The position numbers and the translations under genes are program-made. DNA of 64,000 nt from Vicugna vicugna (taxonomy: Eukaryota): positions 2,868,696 through 2,932,695 of the forward strand of contig MU061616.1 in NCBI GenBank assembly GCA_013265495.1. Direction: 5' to 3'. The notes beneath the pieces are model-generated. The model did not search any database, was not told the origin of the DNA, and saw only the letters and a program-made list of their open reading frames with translations. This document shows positions 1 through 11,489 of the stretch, piece after piece. The stretch's first letter is position 1; each line of letters starts with the position of its first letter.

Positions 1-52
1 GGTGGCCGCCATCCCCTTCGACCTGCTCATCTTCCGCACCGGCTCTGATGAG
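1..52 (+). CDS. KCNH6: KCNH6 internal exon (S3 region, 5'-truncated by window edge)
   Basis: Frame from nt 2 reads VAAIPFDLLIFRTGSDE, an ERG S3 segment; donor GTAAG at 53. Confidence 0.93.
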
Positions 53-399
53 GTAAGCAGACCCCGTTCAGTTTGGCTGCTGCAGCCGTCCCCTGTGCCC
101 CAGCCCTAGCACTGGGCACCTTTGCCAAAGCAGGTAGAGGCAGAAATGGAGCCTCAGACATCTGTCATCTCCCAGCCCTGGAGAAGGAGAAGCTGAGGCT
201 ATCCTCTAGCCCAAGGTGCCTTCTCTGTGCTCCAGAATTCTGCCCCTTCTGGGATGGCACTCCTGAAGTCCTAGCTCCTTGTGCTGACTTCTAAACCATA
301 CATACCCTGGAGTTAGAAAGGGAATCCATGGGCAGTCCTGAACCCCTTCCCAATTCCATCCCCCCATGCCCACTCCTCTTCCCACAGCTGATATGAGGG

Positions 400-1222
400 C
401 ATTTTCATGCTCTTCTTGTACCTTCTTGGGATCAGCTTTCCACTCAAATCAGCTCTGCCTCCTGTGTTCCAGTTACTCCCAATCACCCAGCCGGTCCAGC
501 ACGGGGTGATCATCATGACTCCCTGCTCCCATGCCCACTCACTCCCGGAAAATCTGTCCCCAAGTCCTCTCCCCTCCTTTCCACCCCATCGTCCTTGCCT
601 AGACACTGAGTGGCCTTCTTACCCACCTCTGCCCCAGCCCCACACCTGACAGCCTCACCCCCTGCACACAGAGACCAGAATGAGTTTCAGATCACTTATC
701 TGACTCTTTCCCTTATCTGACCCAGTCTTTGGAACCCTCAGTGGCTCCCTGGTGACTTGGAATAAAAGCCAAGTTCTCTGTGGACCCTGTGGCCTCAGTA
801 GCAGCCTCTGTCCACCTTCCAGGCTCATTCCTCACTACTCCATGGTCTTTTTCCACTCTGTGTTCCAGGCTTCAGCATCGCCCTAGGTTTCCCACATGGA
901 CTGTGCCATTTCACACCTCAGTGCCTTTGCTCATGCTGCTCCCTGTGCCTGCAATGCCCTTTCCCTCTCCCTCCCATCTGCCTAGAGACCCAGCCTTGTC
1001 TCTCAAGACTCAGGTCCTATGTCACCTCCTTTAGGAAGCCTCCCCTGCCCTGTTGCTGCAGACTGGACCTTCCCTTCCTCTGTGCTCCTCTTGGACTTCT
1101 GTCCTAGCAACCACAACACTATTTGGAGCTTGAGGCTGAGAGCTCCTTAAGGTCCTGCACTGTGCCCCACTGCCAAGAGCTTGGCACAAAGCAGGCTTTC
1201 CAAAAATGTTTGTTGAATGACT
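400..1222 (+). mobile_element. L2 LINE fragment(s)
   Basis: Pyrimidine-rich L2-like body ending in the typical 3' end (...AATGTTTGTTGAATGACTG); boundaries approximate. Confidence 0.55.
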
Positions 1223-1316
1223 GGGTGACTATACTCACAAGCGAATAAATGTGGTCCTAAGCATAGCCTTTCAAGGGCTGACCCCCAACCCCTTGGCCCC
1301 CTCCCTGCTCCTCCAG

Positions 1317-1716
1317 ACCACAACCCTGATCGGGCTGCTGAAGACGGCACGGCTACTGCGGCTGGTGCGCGTGGCTCGGAAGCTGGACCGCTACTCTGAG
1401 TACGGGGCGGCTGTCCTCTTCCTGCTCATGTGCACCTTTGCACTCATTGCACACTGGCTGGCCTGCATCTGGTATGCCATTGGCAACGTGGAGCGGCCCT
1501 ACCTGGAGCCCAAGATCGGCTGGCTGGACAGCCTAGGCGCTCAGCTCGGCAAGCGCTACAATGGCAGCGACCCAGCCTCGGGCCCCTCGGTGCAGGACAA
1601 GTATGTCACGGCCCTCTACTTCACCTTCAGCAGCCTTACCAGCGTGGGCTTCGGCAACGTCTCACCCAACACCAACTCTGAAAAGGTCTTCTCCATCTGC
1701 GTCATGCTCATCGGCT
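1317..1716 (+). CDS. KCNH6: KCNH6 exon: S4, S5, pore helix, GFG filter, start of S6
   Basis: Acceptor ctccag|; [26 protein letters not shown]...[25 protein letters not shown]; donor GTGAGT at 1717; 400 nt. Confidence 0.97.
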
Positions 1717-1897
1717 GTGAGTGCCACTTCATGTCCCAGGCCTTACCCGTTAAATTCCATTTTCATTTTGTCGTGAGATCTACCAACACAGTAACAATGT
1801 GTGTGATAGGCAGATCCTAAGTTTGCAGCACAATGAAATTTTGCATACATGTGCATCAACTGTTCACAGAATTTAACCCTCGCTATATGTCAGGGAC

Positions 1898-2053
1898 CAG
1901 GACCATCTACTTTATTTGCAGGACCCAGTGCAAAATGAGAATATGGAGCCCTTTGTTAAAAAATTATTAAGAATTTCAAGATGGTGATGGCAGAGCATTA
2001 AACCAAGCCCGGGTCCTTGTTAGCATAGGTCCATGCCCACAAAGCTAGCCCTG
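1898..2053 (-). mobile_element. MER91A-like hAT MITE
   Basis: CAGGACC...CCCTG ends; internal AAAATTATTAAGAATTTCAAGATGG...GCAGAGCATTAAACCAAG; degenerate 8-bp TSD tcagggac/ccaggcac. Confidence 0.7.
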
Positions 2054-2622
2054 CCAGGCACTTTTCTAAGTGCTTTTCAGAGGCCCACCTTTTGTTCCCA
2101 TCACTACCCCATGAGGGCCATAGTATGAGTCATTCACTGACTGAGAAACTAAAGGTTCTAACTTGCCAGGAGTTACACAGAGACCCAGTTGCAGCCCCAG
2201 GAGCTGATTCCCAGGACTGTGTGATCTCGGGCTCTGCACTGTGCTTCCTCCCAAGACACCTCGTCTAAGAACACAGAGGCAGTGTGGGATTTTACACGTA
2301 GATTAAGTTGTCATGTTCAGAGTATTTAGAAATGTGAAAGCTCAGAAAAACAAAAACAAGGGGGGAAAAATGGGTGAAAACAGGAGATTAAGAGTTTTCC
2401 CTTTATTATATTTTTACAACTTGACAAAGAAAATAAATCTGAACTAAAAAAATTCATCGCCCTAGTTCTTTCTTCTCAGGAGTTTGGCCTCTGGGCCCAG
2501 GAAGATGCCGAGAGGCCGAGGGCAGAGGGAGGAGGGTAGGAAGCCTTGGGGTCTTTGTCTCCCATGTGCCCTGGCTCTGTCCTGGGCACTTCTGACTTTG
2601 CCCAGGACAGAGGGATCCTTAA

Positions 2623-3000
<378 letters not shown>

Positions 3001-3111
3001 TAGGGGAGGCCCGGGTCCCGAGGGCGCAGGGCGTCCCCAGAGCCCTCCCCACCCACTCCCCCAGCGCCACCCCAGGCTGCGCCCAACTGGACGCGACCAC
3101 CCGCCTCGCAG

Positions 3112-3364
3112 GTGCTGAAGGGCTTCCCCGAGTGCCTGCAGGCCGACATCTGCCTGCACCTGCACCGCGCGCTGCTGCAGCACTGCCCGGCCTTCCATGG
3201 CGCCAGCAAAGGCTGCCTGCGCGCGCTTGCAGTCAAATTCAAGACGACACACGCGCCACCGGGCGACACGCTCGTGCACCTCGGCGACGTGCTCTCCACG
3301 CTCTACTTCATCTCCCGCGGCTCCATCGAGATCCTGCGTGATGACGTGGTCGTGGCCATTCTAG
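3112..3364 (+). CDS. KCNH6: KCNH6 exon: C-linker / cyclic-nucleotide-binding homology domain
   Basis: gcag|GTG CTG AAG; [17 protein letters not shown]...DDVVVAIL(G); donor GTGGGT at 3365; 253 nt. Confidence 0.97.
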
Positions 3365-3879
3365 GTGGGTCGGGGGCAGAGGGCCAGGCCAGGGTGGGGG
3401 GTGCGGTGGACTGGAGATGTCCTGCCTGGACCAGTCCATTCCTAACGATGATGGTGGCACCTTTCACTGCCATGTGCTGATCCTGTGCCACAGAGAAGTG
3501 TAGACCTAGCTCATTGAATCCTTAAACCAAACCCCTGCCAAATGCCCTGTTCTCCTGATAGGGAAGTTGAGGCTCAGAGAGGTCATGTGGGTAAGTGGAC
3601 AAGCAGGGCTTCCAGGGCTATGTGTCTGACTCAGAAGTCCAGTTAAGCTCCTACCTTCTCCCACCCTTGGGAAACTCAGGGTGAGAAAACAAGATTTATT
3701 TGTTTGTTTGTTGGGGGGGATAGGGTGTCCTGAGTCTCATTCAGCACAGCTGCAGGGACAGCTGGACACTTTGGAGGAAGGACTATGAACACTGGGCAGG
3801 GGACAGATTTGGGGCACACACCACCTCTGCCACGTACCTTAGGCAGGTCACTTACCTTGGGCAGGTCGTTTCACCTGTC

Positions 3880-4900
3880 TGAGATGATTCTCGTCTTCTT
3901 TGCCTTCCCCCTGACTTCAGCCACTCCAAGTCCCAGACCAGGACGGCAGCCTCATCCCTCCCTTGGTCTCCATGGCCAGTCTTTCCTCCCACCTCTCTGC
4001 CCAGTCATCTCCTTCTGGTCTCCCCTCAGCTGGGCTTCACCACGTGTGGAGCTCGCTCTTTTCTCCCACAACACCCTCACCTGGGCGAGCTCCTTGCTCC
4101 AGTGATCTCAGTCTCACCTATGCCGCAAGGTCTCCTGGCCCCAATCTCTCCTTAGACCGGAATATTCCATTTGTTCCTGGGCATGGTCACCCTTATAGTC
4201 CGTAGGCAGACCAAACAACATATCTCATTCTAAAATCATCATCTTCCCTCAAAAGCAGCTCCATTGGCATCCTCATCACTGTGAACCTTCCACTGTCTGG
4301 GTGAGAGACTTGAGAGTCAACCAAGGAAGCACCCTTCTCCTTTCCTGCCTCACCCTCACTATCCAGGCAGCCACAGAGCCCTGTCTGTTCCCCTCGTTAA
4401 TATCTCTTTGTCTCCTTGTTGCTGCCTGGGTCCAGACCTCTTGTGTCCTTCCTGGCAGGTGTCAGGAGCTCCTTTCCCGTGACCCTGAATCTGGTCTACT
4501 CTCATACCCCGTCTTCCACCTTCTGCCAGTGACCTGAAATTCACATCTGTGCATATTCCTCTTCAGTTCAAAATCCTTCCGTGGTTCCCTATGACCCATG
4601 AGACAAACATAAACCCCTGCACCTGACATGCACAGCCCTCCGCATGCTGGCCACCCTAAGTCCTGCCACCCTCCCCCGGTACTTCACACTCCAGCCATAC
4701 AAACTACTTAGTTCTCTAAACCTACTTATCTGTCACACATCTGTGCCTTTGCACATGCTGCCACTCTGCTCAGAGCCCCTACCTTGTACCCCTGCCTGAC
4801 AGACCCCTGACAGTCATCCTTTAAGGCTGAGCTCAAGCATGGGCTCCTCAATGAGCCCTTCCCTCACTCCCAGCCAAGCTTAGCAGTGCCATCCATGTGG
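3880..4900 (+). mobile_element. L2 LINE fragment(s)
   Basis: C/T-rich L2-like segments (e.g. CTCAGCCTTAAAGGATGA on the opposite strand); approximate. Confidence 0.4.
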
Positions 4901-6354
4901 GAGAGATGATAATTACTATTAATAATTAAGAAGCCAGTCCAATTTAAGTTTCAGTTAGACATGAGCTCCTCTCGTTTTGTCCTGAGTGGAAATGAACATT
5001 AGGTCATAATCCTTTATCTAGTGGAAAACCATCCCTTTATAATGTTGCCCAGATTTCCAGCTTCTAGGTTTCACATGTGACCCTAGAGAGTCCCTTCTGT
5101 CTCTAAGCCTCAGTCCCCTCCTCTGTAAACGACCTTTCATCCTGTTCTCCTGGGGCACATGCCTCCACCCATCACTGTGCAAACAATTAGTGCCCCCTGT
5201 GCAGTAACAGCAGGCTAGGGGGCTGGGCTTTCCTGTTGGGAGTGGGCTGCAAGCAATCTCAGTCCCTGGCACCCTGCCCCTGGGCTCTCTGCCCTCAGCC
5301 CTAACTGTGCAGCACTGACCACATGCTGCTCTGTCCACCCAGATTGCCTTTCTCCTGGGGGCCCAGTCCTCCTAGGTTCTCACAACCCAGCCCCCGCTTC
5401 ACTTTCTCTGTAAGCCCCTCTCCTCCCTGCTCCCAAGCACCCTGGGTGGAATGAGCTCCTCCCTCATCCTTAGCTCCATTGCTCTTGGCTCTTCCCTGTT
5501 CTAAGGCCCTAGAGAGCATTCTGTAATCTGTCCCTTGGGGATCTGGGGGGCTCCTTGTGAGTGGGACAGCATCTATCCATGTTTACATCCAGTGGCTAGC
5601 ACCAGGAGGACCCAATACCCTCACCCCACACCCCCATATCCAGCCCCTGTCCACCTGTGACATCCATCCCTCCCAGTGCCTTGCATGCACCTGTCTGGTG
5701 CCTCTTGCAATTCAAGGCACTTCCTCAAGCCTCATGTCTGCTCCTCTGGACTGCCCAATGGGGTAGACAAGGCAGATATGGTTACACTCATTTTAAAGAT
5801 AAGGACACCAGCGTCCAGAGAGAAGTAACTTCCCCATGCTTCCTCTGCTAGGGCCATGCTGGTCCCTTAGCCCCACGATGGGAGTGGGAACACGAAGAGA
5901 GAGAAGCCTCAGGCCCTCCTCCCGACCCTGGGTTCCCTTTACTCCCACAGCACCACAGCAGGTTAAGGAAAGAGGAAGAGATGGCAGAAGAAGCCTTAGT
6001 GTCCCTACTGCCCTCTCTCCCCGGGGGTAGGGGTGGTATGGGCAGTTCCAAAGCAAGTGGAAATAGGAGGGGGGGCTTCTGACAGAAGGTGGTCCTGAAG
6101 GGCTTGGAGATAGCAAGGGGCCCCGCCTGCTGGGGAGGGAGGGGTCTCTGCAGAGCTCTGAGGACAAGGAAAGGGCACGCTCCCCACCCTCAGTCAGCAG
6201 CCCAGCCTGGTTCCCAGCACGTGATCCTGAGCCCCAGGCGCAGCCTAGCAGGGTCCCTGAAGTGTGAGGGGAGGTCAGGAGGTCCTCAGGGGTGCTCCTC
6301 AGAAGAGAGCTTGGGGCCAGGCACTAGAGAGACCCCCACCCCTCTGACTGGCAG

Positions 6355-6548
6355 GAAAGAATGACATCTTTGGGGAGCCTGTTAGCCTCCATGCCCGGCC
6401 GGGCAAGTCCAGTGCAGATGTACGGGCCCTGACCTACTGTGACCTGCACAAGATCCAGCGGGCAGACCTGCTGGAGGTGCTGGACATGTACCCTGCCTTC
6501 GCAGACAGCTTCTGGAGTAAGCTGGAAGTCACCTTCAACCTGCGGGAC
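6355..6548 (+). CDS. KCNH6: KCNH6 exon: CNBHD C-terminal half
   Basis: gcag|GA AAG AAT; (G)[64 protein letters not shown]; donor GTGAGT at 6549; 194 nt. Not reported by the ORF track. Confidence 0.96.
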
Positions 6549-8057
6549 GTGAGTCTGGGCTGGGTGGGCCAGGGGAAGGGATGGCCCTCAGCCAGCTGGT
6601 AATGGGAGATGAACAGGCCACCTGCTGAAAGCTTGGCCTGTCCGGCCTGAGGGGCCTCATCTGACCACTTCCCTTTATTTCAACCCCCTCCTGCATCCTT
6701 TGCTATCATTTCTCTGTGCCTACCACGGCCAGCACGTTGCTAAGTCTGATGGCAGCTGCCCGTTACTGCGCACCTGCTACCGTGGCAGGCGCTGGGCTAC
6801 TTTTACATGATCTCATTTAGTCTTCTCCTTGCAAATGGTGCTATCCATTTTCCATATGAGGTAACTGAGGGTTACAGAGGACAAATGACCAAAGCCACAT
6901 GGCATACAGTAAACCATATAGTCCTTGACAGAGCCAAAATGGGACTCTGGTTTGCACAACTCCATGGCCCAGGCTTTCCCCACCCCATCCTATAAGCTGC
7001 AAGGGAGTGGGGATGGGGTCTGCCATCCCTGTCCCAGGGCTGTAAACAGTGAGAGCGCAGTCTCCCCTCTCAAGCTTATCACTCAATGGAGAGGTTATAA
7101 CAAGTCAGGGGAGGAAAGTGCTGCGTAGTTAAACAACCAAGAACGTCTCAAGGGTGTGCGGGAGACCAAACCTCTGTGGAGCTCAGGGTTGCCAAGGAGC
7201 GGGCGGCCAGCCCTGAGTGGAAGTGCCCAGAGGGGCTGTATGGAGGATGGGGTCTGGAACCAGCCAGTGGGATGGAGGGGACAGGCAGGGGCAACAGTGA
7301 TTGAGGCCCTGACACTGACCCCTCCCCCACCTCCAGCCTCAGGAGGAGAGGTTCTGCTGGCCCAGTCCACGCCCAGCTTCTGGAGGCAGTGCTAAGGCAG
7401 GTCTACATGCTACGGACAGCCCTCCCCACCCTGTGCCCTCTGCTGTCCCCCGCCTCCCCGGTGTCTCCCCTTCCCACCTGCCCTGCCTAGGAGACATCTT
7501 GTAAGGACCGTGCCTTGGGGGACCAGCAGCTAGCAGCCACCAGGTGGCCGAAGGGTGTGCTCAGCGGCTGGACACCAGGACAAGAAGGATGTGGCCTCCA
7601 AGGCCCCTGCAGCCCCTGGGTGCCCCTAGGTCTTATGGTGCCAGGAGGGTGGGCTGCCAAGGGCACTGCTGAGGGCACCCCCTGAATGGGTTGGGACTTC
7701 CAGATCCCGTCTCCTCAGAGGAAACTCCCCCATCAGCCCACGCTGAGGACAGGGGCACCAGGGGCACTCGGGAAAGCGAGGAGAATAGCGCCTCTGCCTC
7801 CCCCGACTCCAACCTTGCTGCTCAGTGCAGCCTCTCCCAAGACTCTGTGGGGGGCTGCACATCTCCAAGCCCCTGTTCATCTCCTGCCCACCTGTACAGG
7901 AGAAAAGCTGCCTGGAGCATGATGGGGGAGACCAGCCACCTGTCACCACTTTCTTCCCTAGTTGCCACAGGGCCACGGAGGGAGAGGGGCAGGGGAGGGC
8001 AAAGAGGCCCTGTCCCAGCTTTGGTCTCTGTTACTTGATGCTCTTGTTCCCCACAAG

Positions 8058-8142
8058 GCAGGCGGGGGTCTCCAGTCATCACCCCAGCAGGCTCCAGGCA
8101 GCCAGGACCACCAAGGCTTCTTCCTTGGTGACAACCAGTCAG
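8058..8142 (+). CDS. KCNH6: KCNH6 exon: proximal C-terminal tail
   Basis: cacaag|GCA; AGGGLQSSPQQAPGSQDHQGFFLGDNQS(G), close to human AAGGLHSSPRQAPGSQDHQGFFLSDNQS (recalled); donor GTAAGC at 8143; 85 nt. Confidence 0.9.
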
Positions 8143-8456
8143 GTAAGCAAACCTAGCCCCGATGAGTATCTGCCCCTGCCCTGCCTCTCGCCCCTTCTCA
8201 GGTCTTCCCCATCCTGCCTCCCCTGGGAGAGGCGTCAGCAGTCCCTCAGTGAGTGGAGAGGGGCTCTCTCCCTAGGCTCAGGGCTAGAAGCCCTTGTACC
8301 CTTCCTCCCCCTGTGTCTTCAGAGCCTGAGTGAGGGCTGCCCCCAGGGGTGGATACCGGCCAGCCCTCTGGGGCTTCACATCAAAGCACCAAGGTATCCG
8401 CTAGGCTGCAGCTAGCTCCCTGGACAGTGAGACCAGGGCTGGACGTCCCCACCCAG

Positions 8457-8564
8457 CCAACCCCCCCAAACTGGGGCCCCAGCCCCCCTCCCAGGGCTAC
8501 AGCTTTCTGGGTCCTGGAAGCCAGACCTCTATGGGGGCAAGACCTCGTACTCCTGGGCACCCAG
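8457..8564 (+). CDS. KCNH6: KCNH6 108-nt phase-symmetric exon (probably an alternative cassette)
   Basis: cccag|CC AAC; (A)NPPKLGPQPPSQGYSFLGPGSQTSMGARPRTPGHP, similar to human GSPHELGPQFPSKGYSLLGPGSQNSMGAGPCAPGHP (recalled); donor GTAAGG at 8565; phase 1 to 1; weak polypyrimidine tract. Confidence 0.75.
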
Positions 8565-8694
8565 GTAAGGAGATCCACTCCCCCAACCCTGTGTTCCCAT
8601 GGCAGGTAGGGGGAGGGCCCTGGGCTCTGCACCAGAAGGTCAGGCCTGTGGAACCAGCTGGTCCGAAGCTCAAGCTTCCCTGTTCCCACTGCAG

Positions 8695-8881
8695 GTGCCA
8701 CCCCTTCCCTAAGCATCTCGGATGCATCTGGCCTCTGGCCTGAGTTGCTGCCTCAAGTGCCCCCAAGGCCAAATCACAGCCCTTCAAACCATCACAGCCC
8801 TTCAAACCCTCAGGGAGACCCAGACTGCTGGCCTCGGGAGCTAGGCTCCAGGCTAGAGCAGCTCCAGGCCCAGATGAACAG
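8695..8881 (+). CDS. KCNH6: KCNH6 exon: tail up to start of the tetramerisation coiled coil
   Basis: ctgcag|GT GCC; (G)ATPSLSISDASGLWPELL...DPDCWPRELGSRLEQLQAQMN(R); donor GTGAGT at 8882; 187 nt including an 18-bp tandem duplication. Confidence 0.93.
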
Positions 8882-9184
8882 GTGAGTGACCTGCAGGCCA
8901 GGGATGTGGGCAGCTATAGAAGGCAGGCCCAGTGGCAGGCTAGGCACGGGTGCCCCCTCGTGGTGCCTCAGGGACATAGCTGGGTGCCCCATGGGTTTTA
9001 GAACAGCCGGTCCTATTTAGCTGCAGACTTCTCCATCCTTGTCACTAAGCACAATTCCTTGGATAGCTTGTCCCAGCAAACCCTGGAATGTGCTACAGAA
9101 GACTTCTTGGGGGGAGGGACATAACCACTTGCAGAAAAAATTTCCAAGGACCCTGGGAAAGGAGCGTGGCCTGTGGGTGGCAGG

Positions 9185-9390
9185 GCAGTGGTGGCAGAGT
9201 GAGGGCTTAGGGGCAGTACAGTACTGGATTCAAATTCTGGCTCTGCAACTTACCAGCAAGATTGTGGTCAACCACTCTGATCCTCAGTTTGCCCTTTGTG
9301 AAACGGGGATAACCAGAATACCCACGTCAAAGCTTCATTATGAGGACTAAATGATGTGTGCATGCTGCCTGGTCACTGTTATTATTGGAG
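9185..9390 (+). mobile_element. MIR SINE
   Basis: GGATTCAAATTCTGGCTCTGCAACTTAC...CTCAGTTTGCCCTTTGTGAAACGGGGATAA MIR core. Confidence 0.7.
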
Positions 9391-9537
9391 TCAGGGATGT
9401 GCTAGGGGGAATGTGGGCAGGGGGTGTGAATTGCAGCAGGGAAATAGCTTCATCCATCAGAACTGCCCTCAGGACCTAAATTGCTCCTGCCAACCCCAAC
9501 CCTGATCTGACCCTGACTGTGGGGTTCTGTCGGGCAG

Positions 9538-9724
9538 GCTGGAGTCCCGAATGTCCTCCGACCTCAGCCGCATCCTGCAGCTCCTTCAGCAGCCCCTGCC
9601 CCAGGACCACACTGGCTACTTTCTGGGAGCCCCTGCCTCCAACAACCTGGCCTTGTTTCCTGCGACCTCAGCCCCTCCGAGTCCAGGAACTAGACTGCCC
9701 CAGGGCAATCTGCCCCCTGCACAG
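9538..9724 (+). CDS. KCNH6: KCNH6 exon: coiled coil and distal tail
   Basis: ggcag|G CTG GAG; LESRMSSDLSRILQLLQQPLPQ...GNLPPAQ; donor GTAAGC at 9725; 187 nt. Confidence 0.93.
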
Positions 9725-10053
9725 GTAAGCAGATGAGGGCATCCCCAGGGACTTGTCTGGAGGCAGCTGTGTGCCTGCCCCCACCCCTAACTTGATCTCA
9801 GTGGGCATCAAACACAGGGCCTCTGTGGCCTAAGAGCAGCTGTGACTTCTGCTGTCCTCCTTTATGGTCTGAGTCGTGACAGGCAGCCTGAGCAGGTGTT
9901 GGCAGAGCCCAGATCGTGACCATGGACTTCACATCTTGGGCAAGGGTAGCAGGACAGAGCTCCTGCCAGTTCTCATCCCTGAAGTCAGGGTGGCTGGGGG
10001 CTGGGGGGGAAGTGCCCCACACTGTGTGTCTCCCTCTTTCTTGACCCTCCCAG

Positions 10054-10335
10054 ACCCCAAACTATGGTGACTTGGATGAATGTAGGCTGAAGCACAGGAA
10101 CTCCTCCAGGATGCCCTACCCAGCCCTGGAAATGGACAAAACTCTGACACTACCCTTGGAACAGGAGCAGCCTGAGGGGCTCCTGTCACCCCTGGCCTCA
10201 CCTCTGTCTCCCCTGGAGGTACAGGGACTTGTCTGTGGTCCCCGCTTTCCTTCCCTCCCTGAACACCTTAGCTCTGTCCCCAAACAGCTGGAGTTCCACA
10301 GACACGGCTCAGATCCTGGATTTATGGGGAGTTAG
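10054..10335 (+). CDS. KCNH6: KCNH6 last coding exon
   Basis: cccag|ACC CCA; TPNYGDLDEC...LEFHRHGSDPGFMGS*; contains the ERG-family terminal RHGSDPG motif; TAG at 10333-10335. Confidence 0.94.
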   Translation, partial: TPNYGDLDECRLKHRNSSRMPYPALEMDKTLTLPLEQEQPEGLLSPLASPLSPLEVQGLVCGPRFPSLPEHLSSVPKQLEFHRHGSDPGFMGS

Positions 10336-10880
10336 AGCCACTGAACCCCAAGATAAAAGACGCCATGAAGGAACTGAAGGTGGGTGAGATGACAGTTAAG
10401 GATTTGGGGGAGGCAGACAGCCTCTAAAATAGCCCTCTGAAAACCATTCACCTAGAATAGCTACAGACTGCCAATCCAGTTGACCCAAGATGGCGTGAGT
10501 GAAGAGGCTCAGGATTTTCCCAGCCTCCTCCAGGGCTCTGTTCAGACAGCAGGCCTGGCAGAGGGTGAGTGGGCCTTAGGTGTGGAGGTAATTTATGGGA
10601 CAGAGGGGTCAGTGAAGATAAGAGACATTTCTGATCTATGTCAGAGCCTTGCTCTGGGCTGGGCACATTCACCTCCCAGCTTAGAACTACCCACCACCAC
10701 ATAGCTCAGCCCCTACAGGCAGTCAAGACCTCCTGGTGAGAGCCTGTGAACCAGCTGGAGATGAAAGTGTCCTCTGTGTGGACACATCAGGGCACAGAGC
10801 TCCAGCCCCCAGCCACTATGCCCCTGATGGTTCTGTGATGACCAATGGGACCCTAGTGGGCAGTGGAGTGTCTCACAGCT

Positions 10881-10886
10881 AATAAA
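10881..10886 (+). terminator. KCNH6 polyadenylation signal AATAAA
   Basis: AATAAA about 545 nt after the stop, followed by GT/T-rich sequence. Confidence 0.7.
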
Positions 10887-11059
10887 GCCTGCACATTTCA
10901 TGTTGGGCTCAGTGTGTAACTTAACCTGAGGGTCATCAGGTCCTTGCAGGAGCTGTGTGTTGGGGACCTGAAGGTGGCTCCACTGGGTCCAGGAGCAGGG
11001 GACTCTTAGCTAGGCTGGGGTGAAAGGAAGCAGAGAGGCCCTGACTTGGTGGCCATAGG

Positions 11060-11243
11060 GAATAATGACAACAGCCAGTACTTCCAGAGTGCTCACCCTG
11101 TGTTGGGGGGCACCATGCTGACTGCTCTAAAGATATTAGTTCATTAACTCTTTACAACAACCCTGTGGGGTCCGTATTATTATCCCCCTTTTAGAGATGT
11201 GGGATCAGAAGCAGAGAGAGAGAGACCAAGAAGTTTACCCAGG
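11060..11243 (-). mobile_element. MIR SINE
   Basis: ACAACAACCCTGTGGGG...ATTATTATCCCCCTTTTAGAGATG antisense MIR core. Confidence 0.7.
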
Positions 11244-11489
11244 CAAGAGGGGGACTTCTGGGCGTGCTGGTACTGTTCTATTTCCTGATCTAAGGGCTAT
11301 TACATGAGTGTGCTTCAGGTTGTAAAAATATGTGCATTTCTATGCGTAAATTATACTTCAGTTAAAAAAAGAATATTCCCCAAAAATATAGGAAAAGGAG
11401 GATATAATTTCAACCCAGATGGTCTGGTTTGAGAACATATGCAGGTAATTACTCCACTGAAATGGGTTGTTGTCCAAAAAGTCACTGGT

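Noticed and set aside
7626-8805. Cluster of 60-196 aa ORFs on both strands in KCNH6 introns
   Set aside because: High GC content depletes stop codons; the translations are low-complexity P/S/G/R with no recognisable domain. The real exons there are in other frames or are short subsets.
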